Counted from the first letter of the stretch, positions 17,734-26,079 are shown. The stretch: DNA of 51,822 nucleotides from an uncultured Candidatus Saccharibacteria bacterium (GCA_964411375.1 CAYPKR010000001.1:304807-356628), one strand, 5' to 3'. Notes: generated by a model not told the origin, from the letters alone. Numbers and translations: made by a program.

Positions 17734-18804
17734 ATGACAAACTCAAAGAAGCTCGCAGCGCTCGCAGCGCTTCCAGCTCTCGCAATCGGTCTTTCAGCTG
17801 CTCCGGCACTCGCATTCGTCCCAGCAGGTGATGTCACAACAGTGAATGTGTCGAATTCGAATTCCGCATCGGTTTCAAATTCCGTCACACTCAACTCATC
17901 AACTGGCGGCAATACTGCAAATGGCGGTAACGGCGCAAAGGGCGGAAACGGAGGCAACTCTGGTTCTAACGCAGGAAACGGCGGCGAAGGCGGTAACGGC
18001 GGAAACGCAGGAAACGGTGGCGACGCAGACGGCGCTTTCGGTTCGACTCATCACCACTCATCTGACAACGTAGCAGTTGGTGGCGATGCAGGTAACGGCG
18101 GCGACGGCGCAAACGGCGGCAAGGGTGGCAACACCGGTGACGCTGGTATGGGTGGCAACGGTGGTATGGGCGGACTCGGCGGCATGATTGTCACCGGCAA
18201 CGCATCAGCTACTTCAGCTATCTCAAACGAAGTAAATCACAACTCAACGAAGGTAACCCTCAATGATGGTGATCCTGAGTACAACATTTTCGCAAAGGAG
18301 TCTTACTCTGCAAATTCAAGCTGGGGCCACAAGCACGGTTCGAATAATGAAAAGTGGAGCGATGTATACGTACAGACTGTTGTCCCTCAGAAGACACACG
18401 TCAACGTTTCTAACTCAAACTCTGCAGCAGTTTCAAACTCTGTATCAGGAGATGCTTCAACTGGCGACAACACTGCAAACGGTGGTAATGGCGCAAAGGG
18501 AGGCAAAGGAGGTAACTCTGGCTCAAACGCAGGTAATGGTGGCGATGGTGCTAACGGCGGCAAGGCTGGAAACGGCGGTGACGCAGAAGGCCACGGCACT
18601 GTTCTTGGCGGCATGGGTGGTAATGGCGGGGACGGCGCACACGGCGGTAAGGGCGGAAACACTGGCGACGGTGCAAACGCAGGAAACGGCGGTGATGGCG
18701 CAGAAGGCGGCGCAATTGCAACTGGCGATGCTGATCTCGTATCAGTTATTGCAAACGTCATCAACAAGAACATCACTCGCGTTCTCAAGAACGCAGGAAA
18801 CTAG
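17734..18804 (+). CDS. secreted Gly/Asn-rich repeat protein (two internal repeats)
   Basis: Signal peptide MTNSKKLAALAALPALAIGLSAAPALA. Two ~130-aa repeats each start VNVSNSNSAxVSNSV and end TG-x-A...N-x-N-x-T-x-V. The GGNGG-type low-complexity core is described in findings. Confidence 0.8.
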   Translation: MTNSKKLAALAALPALAIGLSAAPALAFVPAGDVTTVNVSNSNSASVSNSVTLNSSTGGNTANGGNGAKGGNGGNSGSNAGNGGEGGNGGNAGNGGDADGAFGSTHHHSSDNVAVGGDAGNGGDGANGGKGGNTGDAGMGGNGGMGGLGGMIVTGNASATSAISNEVNHNSTKVTLNDGDPEYNIFAKESYSANSSWGHKHGSNNEKWSDVYVQTVVPQKTHVNVSNSNSAAVSNSVSGDASTGDNTANGGNGAKGGKGGNSGSNAGNGGDGANGGKAGNGGDAEGHGTVLGGMGGNGGDGAHGGKGGNTGDGANAGNGGDGAEGGAIATGDADLVSVIANVINKNITRVLKNAGN

Positions 18805-18894
18805 TTGATTTCTCCTTGGAGCGGAACAGCAATGTTCCGCCCTTCGGATGCGGTTTGGAGCAGGCACTCAAAATCGCATAAGAGGGAAAAAAAG

Positions 18895-19440
18895 ATGAAA
18901 ACGATCTTCAGTACATTGATAGCGTTTCTTATGTTCGCACCGTTTGCATTTGCAGATTCTATTTCGGTGACCAACGAAGTTCATCTCAAAGCTTCATCTG
19001 GTGGAAATAGTTCAAACGGCGGCACCATTCATACCGGTTCGGTTTCTGCGTCAGTCGACATTGCCAACGACGAACCGAATCAGGACGTGCATACCTATAT
19101 TTCAACCACCACTGAAAGTTCGATCCACATCGATATTCAAAATGGTCGAAATGGTTCGGATGGTGCAAATGGGTCGGACGGCGAAGATGGAACAGACGGT
19201 ATGGATGGAGTTCCTGGAAAAGACGGAGTTTCTGGCGAGAAGAGTCAACCAATCGTCCATACTCATCCGATCATCAAAAATCCGACCACGGCAACTTCGA
19301 GTGCACCTCTCCATGCCTCGAGTTCGAACGCAGCAGCGATCCTTGCAGTCAAGGAAGAAGAAACGAAATCAATTACTCATTCGATACATCTTTTTTTCGA
19401 AGCAGTAACAAATTATGTCTGGTACTTCTTTACAAAATAA
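18895..19440 (+). CDS. secreted protein with one repeat module and a collagen-like GXY run
   Basis: AGAGGGA SD, then signal peptide MKTIFSTLIAFLMFAPFAFA. Eleven consecutive G-X-Y triplets are encoded at 19144-19242. Confidence 0.7.
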   Translation: MKTIFSTLIAFLMFAPFAFADSISVTNEVHLKASSGGNSSNGGTIHTGSVSASVDIANDEPNQDVHTYISTTTESSIHIDIQNGRNGSDGANGSDGEDGTDGMDGVPGKDGVSGEKSQPIVHTHPIIKNPTTATSSAPLHASSSNAAAILAVKEEETKSITHSIHLFFEAVTNYVWYFFTK

Positions 19441-19450
19441 TGATACTTTC

Positions 19451-22400
19451 ATGCGAAGATATTCGCGCGCTTTTGGCGTGCTTCTGATCGTTTCCCTGAT
19501 TGCGTTCGGAAATCCCGCAATCGTCCTTCTCGCGGATGAAGCTCCGGCGGATTCCACACCACCTGCTGAATCGACGACGCCACCCGCGGAGACTACTCCT
19601 CCAGCAGAAACAACACCACCAGCAGACACCACGCCTCCAGCGGGGAATGATGGTGCTTCTACTCCTTCTGTCGAAACGCCTGCTCCAGACACCACTACTA
19701 CTCCTGCCGACGCTCCATCAGATACTACTACCGTAACAACCGGCGACGCAGTTTCTGGTTCAGACACCACAACAACCGTAAACACCAACGAAACAAGCGT
19801 TGATCAAAATGCCCCAGCACCAACCGGTTCTGGTGGCGGAGCGCCAAGTGACGTTTCTCCTTCCGGTTCAGGAGGCGCTGCACCAACTGATCATCAAAAT
19901 CTTTCTGGAAATGCAAACGCCGAGACGAATGTCACCGTTGATAACGAAAATACTGCAACTGCATCAAACAATGTATCTTCTGATGCACAAACGGGAGGTA
20001 ATTCGGCAGAGAATACCGCAACGACAACTTCAGGAAACGCATCAGTCACGACCGGCAACGCATACGCATACGCAAACGTCGTTAATGTCTTGAACACCAA
20101 TATCTTTAACTCGCAAGGATTCTTCCTCTTTCTCAACTCATTCTTCGGTGGCGGAACGCTCGATCTCTCGAATCTTTCGTTTATGAATCCGACTGGCGGA
20201 CCATCGGGTACGACGTATTGTTCGCTCGGCGGTTGTGATGATGAAAACGATACGCAGTACGTTGCAATCAACAACAACAACGCAACAATCGACAATCAAG
20301 TCATTGTGCGTGCAGGTTCCGGTGGCAACACCGCAACTGCAGGAAACGGCGACGCATCAGTCACGACCGGCAACGCGTACGCTGCTGCAAACGTGGTGAA
20401 CGTTGCAAACACCAACTTTGTTGATTCCAACTACCTCCTTCTTTCGTTCAACAATTTTGGTGATATGAACGGAGACGTCATTCTCCCAACTGCTGATTTC
20501 TGGTCACATCTCTTTGGTTCCGGAAGCGGACTTGGGTCAGGCGGATCTCTTAATTCAACCAACACAAACACCGCAAACATCACGAACAATGTTGGTGCGG
20601 ATGCATCGAGCGGCAATAATTCAGCAACTGCAGATGGCGGTAGCGCATCAGTTCAAACCGGAAATGTGAGCGCAAATGGTGGCGTTACCAACGTCGTCAA
20701 TACCAATCAAGTTGGTGGAACGAGCGTATTCCTTCTCTTCCGCGTATTTGGTGATTGGGCAGGGGATGTCTTCAACGCGCCGCCTGGAATCGAGTGGGCT
20801 GAAACACCAAATGGTATTCAACTCTTCTCTGCAGACGGAACAGGAGATGGACTTTCAGCACTTCAGAATTTGAATTCAACAAATAGTTCGACCGCATCAA
20901 TCACCAATGACGTTCATGTGTATGCGCTGACGGGCGATAACCAGGCAAGTGCAAATGGCGGCAACGCATCGGTTCAAACGGGTAACGCATACGCGGCAGC
21001 AAACGTGATGAACATCGCAAACACGAATGTCATCGGTCGCAACTGGATCTTCGCAGTCTTCAACATCTTCGGAAATTGGCACGGCAATATTTCATTCGGT
21101 CAGCCGGATCTTTGGATCGGCGCGCTCGCAACCCCTGATACGACTGGTGAACTCGTCTCGGGAACCGATGTTGCATATCACTTCACCGTAACCAACCGCG
21201 GAAAAGCAACGGCAACGAATGTCCATGTTGATCTCAGTTACGATCACGCACACATTCCGTTTATCGATGGCAATTCATTTGATATCGGCACCCTCGCACC
21301 AGGTCAAACCGTTGAAGTTGTAAAGCATGCGACAATCACCAACTTGCCGCTTGGCGATACGCCGCTTCCAGTCACTGCACACGTTACTGAACACGAAACT
21401 GATGCAAACCCAGCAGACAACCAAGACGAAGTTACGATTGTCGGACAATTCTATGTAACCGGCGGATCATTCGGTGCTGCACAGGTAAGTGGCATTCCAG
21501 GGGGAGCAGGGTACGTTGATCCAGTTTGGAAAATTGTAAAGACTGTTTCTGCAACATCGACTACTGCATCATCAACGGTTGATTACAAAGTGGTCATCAA
21601 CAACGATGGCGCGCCTGCATACAGTGCAACCCTCTTCGATACCGTAACTGACCAAGACGGCAATATTATCTTCGAGCAATCGTGGGATCTTGGTACCGTA
21701 CCGCACGGTGAGGAAGATACCATCACGTATTCCGTCTTCTTCCACGACAATATTCCTGCGGGCGTCTACACCAACCATGCATTCGTCAAAGCATGGAGCC
21801 GCGATCCAAATCCAGGCAAAGGAGTTGAGTCTGATTCGCCAATTGCAACGGCAAGCGTCCGCATTCTCGGAGACGCGCCAATCGCAAAAGCAAACCGCTC
21901 ATGCGATCAATACATTCACAAAGCAATTCGAGCTGGACAGAAGAATGATCCAACCGAAGTGTCGAAACTCCAGAATTTCCTCTCTTCATTCGGTGGATTC
22001 TCCAATGTCCACGACACTGGCGTATACGATCAAGCAACGCAAGATGCAGTACGTCTCTTCCAGGATCAGCACAAGGATGATGTCTTGAATCCATGGGGGC
22101 TTGAAGGTCCAACCGGATACGTCTACATCACGACGAGAAAGAAGATTAATGATATCTACTGCCAAGGCGTTCGTGATTTCCCACTCACCTCAAACGATAC
22201 GACTGAAATCAATTCATTCCGCGGATACTTGCTCTCACTTCGTGCATCTCACGCTGATCGTGGAGTCAGACTCTTCGAACTTCCAACAGGGGATGCGACA
22301 AGCGAAGCAACTGGTGCAAATGACGTTGTCTCAACCAGCGGTCCAGGCGTATTCACCAGAACCTTGAATACTGCAAAAGACAGTGCAACAAACACTTCTG

Positions 22401-22540
22401 CTGCAGTCATCAACGCAACTGAAGCACTTGGTCTCATGGTTACAACCACTGCAGATGCGCTTCACGGAATCAAAGGTTGGATTCATGGATTCTCCGGTGT
22501 CCTCAAAAACAAACTTTCTGGATTCCATTTCGGAAAGTAA
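19451..22540 (+). CDS. giant secreted surface protein: PT-rich linker, 4 repeat modules, CARDB/DUF11-like domains, PG-binding-like domain
   Basis: Signal/anchor MRRYSRAFGVLLIVSLIAFG and a TPPAE-type repeat. Four modules end in TGNAYA-x-ANV-x-N-x-x-NTN. HFTVTNRGKATATNVHV-type beta-sandwich segments are present. C-terminal LQNFLSS...YDQATQDAVRLFQ resembles PG_binding_1. Confidence 0.8.
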   Translation: MRRYSRAFGVLLIVSLIAFGNPAIVLLADEAPADSTPPAESTTPPAETTPPAETTPPADTTPPAGNDGASTPSVETPAPDTTTTPADAPSDTTTVTTGDAVSGSDTTTTVNTNETSVDQNAPAPTGSGGGAPSDVSPSGSGGAAPTDHQNLSGNANAETNVTVDNENTATASNNVSSDAQTGGNSAENTATTTSGNASVTTGNAYAYANVVNVLNTNIFNSQGFFLFLNSFFGGGTLDLSNLSFMNPTGGPSGTTYCSLGGCDDENDTQYVAINNNNATIDNQVIVRAGSGGNTATAGNGDASVTTGNAYAAANVVNVANTNFVDSNYLLLSFNNFGDMNGDVILPTADFWSHLFGSGSGLGSGGSLNSTNTNTANITNNVGADASSGNNSATADGGSASVQTGNVSANGGVTNVVNTNQVGGTSVFLLFRVFGDWAGDVFNAPPGIEWAETPNGIQLFSADGTGDGLSALQNLNSTNSSTASITNDVHVYALTGDNQASANGGNASVQTGNAYAAANVMNIANTNVIGRNWIFAVFNIFGNWHGNISFGQPDLWIGALATPDTTGELVSGTDVAYHFTVTNRGKATATNVHVDLSYDHAHIPFIDGNSFDIGTLAPGQTVEVVKHATITNLPLGDTPLPVTAHVTEHETDANPADNQDEVTIVGQFYVTGGSFGAAQVSGIPGGAGYVDPVWKIVKTVSATSTTASSTVDYKVVINNDGAPAYSATLFDTVTDQDGNIIFEQSWDLGTVPHGEEDTITYSVFFHDNIPAGVYTNHAFVKAWSRDPNPGKGVESDSPIATASVRILGDAPIAKANRSCDQYIHKAIRAGQKNDPTEVSKLQNFLSSFGGFSNVHDTGVYDQATQDAVRLFQDQHKDDVLNPWGLEGPTGYVYITTRKKINDIYCQGVRDFPLTSNDTTEINSFRGYLLSLRASHADRGVRLFELPTGDATSEATGANDVVSTSGPGVFTRTLNTAKDSATNTSAAVINATEALGLMVTTTADALHGIKGWIHGFSGVLKNKLSGFHFGK

Positions 22541-22546
22541 GATTCA

Positions 22547-22597
22547 AAATTAAAAACAAAAAATACCGGCCGAGCCGGTATTTTTTGTTTTTAATTT
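22547..22597. terminator. 24-bp hairpin terminator
   Basis: aaattaaaaacaaaaaataccggc cga gccggtattttttgtttttaattt. Confidence 0.7.
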
Positions 22598-22722
22598 GTC
22601 AGGTGTGTGGTAACTGAAGTCGGAATAGTTTCTTTTTCTCTCCCAAACACAAAGGCAAAAAAAGAAAGCAGTATACAAACACCGATAAGTCCGAAAGCGA
22701 TTTTGTATTGCGTAGTGTTCAT
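22591..22722 (-). CDS. possible 43-aa membrane peptide
   Basis: Below the track cutoff. Reads MNTTQYKIAFGLIGVCILLSFFAFVFGREKETIPTSVTTHLTN. No clear SD. Confidence 0.25.
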   Translation of the reverse strand: MNTTQYKIAFGLIGVCILLSFFAFVFGREKETIPTSVTTHLTN

Positions 22723-22857
22723 GGAAGGCTAACTACTTGCATATTTTGAATGGACTGATACTGTGATCATAGACGTGCCAGTGAAATTTTTCGATCCTCA
22801 CCGGCATGTTGTTTCCGCCCGACTTTGTGTCCTGCGCGTCCTCGCGCAGGCACTTTT

Positions 22858-24096
22858 TTATTTTGCCTCAATCTTTTCTCCGAGTTTCAGCGCTCCATTT
22901 ACGCGAATCGGCACGACTCCTTGATCTTCCGGTGGAAGATCTTCTTGGCTTTTCAAAAATCTGAAATATCCAGCTGCCGCGATCATGATTGCGTTGTCTG
23001 TCGTAAGCTCTTTTGGTGGGATATACAATTTTATATTTGGAAAATCCGCTTTCATCATTTTTTCGAATGCGAGGCGAATGGTGTTGTTTGCCGCCACGCC
23101 GCCGCCAACAACAAGCGTGTGCGCGCTATGTTCCTCGATTGCCCGCCGTGTTTTCGCGACCAAAATTTCAGTAACTGAATCTTCAAACTCGCGTGCGATT
23201 TTTTGCTTCGTTGTGGTATCGAGTGTTGGAATATCGCGGATAAGATACAACACTGCCGTTTTTAATCCCGAAAATGAAAAGTCACAATTTGCCGAATTAA
23301 TCATTGGACGGGGCAGGGTGCAGTCAATTGAGAGGGGATGGTGATATGAGCTGTGAGCCGCAATTCTAGCCTCTTCAGCGAGGTTCTGGAGCCCAACGCC
23401 GCCTGGATAGGGAATGCCGAGGAGACGCGCAACTTTGTCGAATGCTTCGCCAACGGCGTCATCTCTGGTCGTCCCGACCATTGCGTATTCCATCCATGAG
23501 TTCGCAAGAACAAGCTCCGTGTGCCCACCGCTAATCAAAAGCGCAATCATCGGAAAATCAACTTTTGGAATTTTATATTCCAGGGTTTTTCCTTGTCGAA
23601 GCATCATGGACGATGCGATATGTCCTTCCATGTGATTCACCAGAACAAGTGGCTTATTCCACGCGATCGAGAGCGCGTGCGCAAATGAAAGTCCTATCCA
23701 AAGTGCTGGCTCGAGTCCTGGACCTTGTGTTACCGCAATTGCGTCGATATCGGGCACACCATGTTGCTCGACAAAATCTTGCGTCGCTTTTCGAAGCACT
23801 GGTTCTTTGACAAGTATTTCACGGATTTTTTCCGTCTCATCTTTTGGAAGTACCCGAAGTTTTGTATTCAATAATTTTGCCTGATCCATCGCGTCCATAA
23901 GGAGCGGCAAAATATTTTCGGCATGTTCACGACGTGCGAGGGAAGGATGAACGCCGCCAAATTCGGCATGCTTGGCGACTTGTGAGTAAAGCGCATTTCC
24001 CAGCACTGTGAACGAAGCGCCAAGAAGATCGCCTTCGCATTCAAGAATGGAGAGCGCCGTTTCGTCGCAGGAGGTTTCAATGCCGAGGATTTTCAT
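22858..24096 (-). CDS. tsaD: tRNA N6-adenosine threonylcarbamoyltransferase (Kae1/TsaD family), expanded
   Basis: MKILGIETSCDETA, HMEGH, GGGVAAN motifs. 412 aa. Confidence 0.9.
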   Translation of the reverse strand: MKILGIETSCDETALSILECEGDLLGASFTVLGNALYSQVAKHAEFGGVHPSLARREHAENILPLLMDAMDQAKLLNTKLRVLPKDETEKIREILVKEPVLRKATQDFVEQHGVPDIDAIAVTQGPGLEPALWIGLSFAHALSIAWNKPLVLVNHMEGHIASSMMLRQGKTLEYKIPKVDFPMIALLISGGHTELVLANSWMEYAMVGTTRDDAVGEAFDKVARLLGIPYPGGVGLQNLAEEARIAAHSSYHHPLSIDCTLPRPMINSANCDFSFSGLKTAVLYLIRDIPTLDTTTKQKIAREFEDSVTEILVAKTRRAIEEHSAHTLVVGGGVAANNTIRLAFEKMMKADFPNIKLYIPPKELTTDNAIMIAAAGYFRFLKSQEDLPPEDQGVVPIRVNGALKLGEKIEAK

Positions 24097-24126
24097 CGCG
24101 TTATTATACCTATTTCGAAAGGATCA

Positions 24127-24513
24127 TTACAGTTCCTCGCTCTGGCGTTTCTTGTTCGTAAAAGGACTGGTATGCGTATGGCTCGCGACGACAGTGATGA
24201 AGCTGAGGATGATTCCGATGCCGACAAAGATGTAGATCATCGTGAATATTTTCCCGAGCGCCGTATGGGGTGCGAGATCTCCAAATCCGACGGTAGTCAG
24301 GGTCGTTACGGAAAAATACAGCGAATCGAGGATACTCCACCCCTCGACGCCGTTATAAAAAAGCGTTCCCGATACCAGAAGCACGATTACGAGGAAGAAG
24401 AGCGACTTGAACTCGGGATCCTTGAATCCGATCCAGATCGCGCGGATGAACCGCCAGAGAGTGAAGAAGAAGGGGAGCATGAGAGATTTTACTTCTCTGA
24501 GCCAGACCACCAC
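24127..24513 (-). CDS. minimal two-TM potassium channel
   Basis: Selectivity filter TTVGFGD between two TM helices. 128 aa with no cytoplasmic regulatory domain. The start is uncertain. Confidence 0.8.
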   Translation of the reverse strand: MVVWLREVKSLMLPFFFTLWRFIRAIWIGFKDPEFKSLFFLVIVLLVSGTLFYNGVEGWSILDSLYFSVTTLTTVGFGDLAPHTALGKIFTMIYIFVGIGIILSFITVVASHTHTSPFTNKKRQSEEL

Positions 24514-24752
24514 TCATGCAATGTTCGTCGATGTGTACGACTTGCTACCGTATCAGTAACATTATTCTTTTCGCTCATTACCGACATGTTTTTTCTGGTA
24601 TTTATTTCAATTTGCTCGAGAAGTTCTATAGCCTTGTTGATTTTCCAATACCATGTAACAAGTTCTCGAATTATAAAAAAGAAGAGAGCGAAGACAAAAA
24701 TATACATTAAGATATCGGACGGGCTATTTATGTGAAATTGATACAAATTCAT
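24489..24752 (-). CDS. hypothetical single-pass membrane protein
   Basis: 87-aa ORF with a TM helix (ILMYIFVFALFFFII). It overlaps the annotated start of the channel gene by 25 nt. Confidence 0.4.
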   Translation of the reverse strand: MNLYQFHINSPSDILMYIFVFALFFFIIRELVTWYWKINKAIELLEQIEINTRKNMSVMSEKNNVTDTVASRTHRRTLHEWWSGSEK

Positions 24753-24781
24753 TTTCTTAAATATAGTAACACTTAAGGCTT

Positions 24782-24856
24782 GGTCACAAGTAAATTTCCT
24801 GACGGAAATTTCTCGCGACCCCGGCTCGCCGTCGCTAGCGCGACAGGGCTCCGCCT
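24782..24856 (-). repeat. tRNA-trailer two-hairpin element, copy Y (downstream of tRNA-Val)
   Basis: Read on the minus strand it aligns with 33104-33177. Hairpin 1 is at 24829-24846. Hairpin 2 is at 24782-24820, 17 bp with one bulged A. Confidence 0.7.
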
Positions 24857-24923
24857 TTCGAGTCCCTTACCGCGCACTCTTCGCTCACTATCGTTCGCTT
24901 CGGTGCGCGGTAAGGGACTCGAA
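24857..24923. repeat. 21-bp perfect inverted repeat; one arm is the 3' end of tRNA-Val
   Basis: ttcgagtcccttaccgcgcac (24857-24877) is the exact reverse complement of 24903-24923. Spacer is 25 nt. Confidence 0.9.
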
Positions 24924-24976
24924 CCCCTGACCCTCTCAACGTCAATGAGATGCTCTACCAACTGAGCTAACCGCGC
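24904..24976 (-). tRNA. tRNA-Val (anticodon GAC)
   Basis: GCGCGGTTAGCTCAGTTGGTAGAGC. Anticodon loop TTGACGT, T-loop TTCGAGT, acceptor ACCGCGC A. Confidence 0.92.
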
Positions 24977-25045
24977 ATTTGAACACATATTCCGTCTTCA
25001 GAATACGGCAACAGTACATGGTTTTTTGCTATTATTCAAGCCACT

Positions 25046-25663
25046 ATGGAGCGGCTCATATTCGCAGAAAAAGGTCCTTCGGCGATCAAAATGTATAAAA
25101 GAGCGGTCGAAGTTCTTCAAGATGGCGGAGTCATTATTTATCCGACCGACACGATATATGGCTTCGGCGTTGATGGGGAAGACGAAGAAGCGCTCGAGCG
25201 TTTGTATTCAATAAAAAAGCGCGATCCAAAAAAACCACTGCTTGTCGTGGTTTCTGATATCGAAATGGCACGAACCTACGTCACATTTACGCCCGAAGCT
25301 AAGCGGCTCGTCGATACATTTCTGCCGGGCGCACTTACCTTGGTGCTTCCACGAAATCCTGATGCACCGGAGCGATTTCTTCCGAATATTCAAACAATTG
25401 GTATTCGAATTCCGCAAAATCCTTTCTGCCTCAATCTTGTCCGCCAATTTGGAAAACCAATCACCTCAACGAGCGTGAATCATGCCGGTGAAGATCCACT
25501 CACCGATCCCGATGATATCGAAACGCTTTTTGGCGATGAAGCAGATCTCTTGATTGATGTGGGAAATATTCAAAACCCTCCATCAACGATCGTTGATTTT
25601 TCAGGTGAAACCCCCAAGGTGCTTCGCGAAGGTAAAATTACTGCAGAAGAATTGAATCTATAA
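25046..25663 (+). CDS. tsaC: L-threonylcarbamoyladenylate synthase (YrdC/Sua5 domain)
   Basis: GGVIIYPTDTIYGFGVD and KPITSTSVN motifs of the YrdC fold. Confidence 0.88.
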   Translation: MERLIFAEKGPSAIKMYKRAVEVLQDGGVIIYPTDTIYGFGVDGEDEEALERLYSIKKRDPKKPLLVVVSDIEMARTYVTFTPEAKRLVDTFLPGALTLVLPRNPDAPERFLPNIQTIGIRIPQNPFCLNLVRQFGKPITSTSVNHAGEDPLTDPDDIETLFGDEADLLIDVGNIQNPPSTIVDFSGETPKVLREGKITAEELNL

Positions 25664-25668
25664 CCTAT

Positions 25669-26079
25669 TTATTTTTGTTCCGGCATTACTGCCTGGAGGA
25701 CGCCAAAAATATTTCCTTCGGTATCTTTGTAGTAGGCGAGAAAGCCAATGCCCGGATACATTTGTTTTTCGAGAGCGACAGTAGCGTTCGCCTCCTGTAG
25801 TTTGCCAATAGTCTCATCAATATCTTTGACAGTAATGGTCATCACGAATGCATTAATCGCGTCTCCTTGTTTTGGCGCATCTCCCATGCGCTTCAGCATC
25901 CCGCCATTTACTCCGTGCCACTGTGCACCCGGTTCGTCTTCTCCGGTCATCACTGCATAATATTCCATACCTCCCGGCAAATCCCATTTTTGGAATGTCC
26001 AGCCGAAAACATCTCCATAAAACTTTTTGGCGCGATCGAGATCGTTTGCGTGGATTTCAAAGTGTACAGGTCGATTCAT
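25669..26079 (-). CDS. VOC/glyoxalase-family protein
   Basis: VHFEIHANDLDRAKKFYGDVFGW and a C-terminal DTEGNIFGV pattern. Confidence 0.8.
   Translation of the reverse strand: MNRPVHFEIHANDLDRAKKFYGDVFGWTFQKWDLPGGMEYYAVMTGEDEPGAQWHGVNGGMLKRMGDAPKQGDAINAFVMTITVKDIDETIGKLQEANATVALEKQMYPGIGFLAYYKDTEGNIFGVLQAVMPEQK

Noticed and set aside
17721-19788. Pro-rich minus-strand ORFs (17721..17957, 18387..18788, 19369..19788) and alternate-frame ORFs 17846..18073 and 18263..18808
   Set aside because: They are antisense or off-frame shadows of the GGN/GCN-rich and PT-rich coding repeats. They have no independent start context.
17842-20900. Repetitive DNA as a CRISPR array or a non-coding tandem repeat
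   Set aside because: The repeats are in-frame protein repeats of unequal length, without unique spacers of constant size. No cas genes are present.
24782-24820. Hairpin 2 of the trailer element as a Y-RNA-like Ro-binding helix
   Set aside because: The GGTCGCGAG / ACTTGTGACC stem with a bulge superficially recalls the GGUCCGA / CUUGAC stem of Y RNAs. Copy X does not keep those bases, no rsr/Ro gene is in the window, and the similarity is only a few nucleotides.
24773-24988. ORFs 24773..24988 (-) and 24780..24965 (+)
   Set aside because: They are translations across tRNA-Val and its structured trailer.
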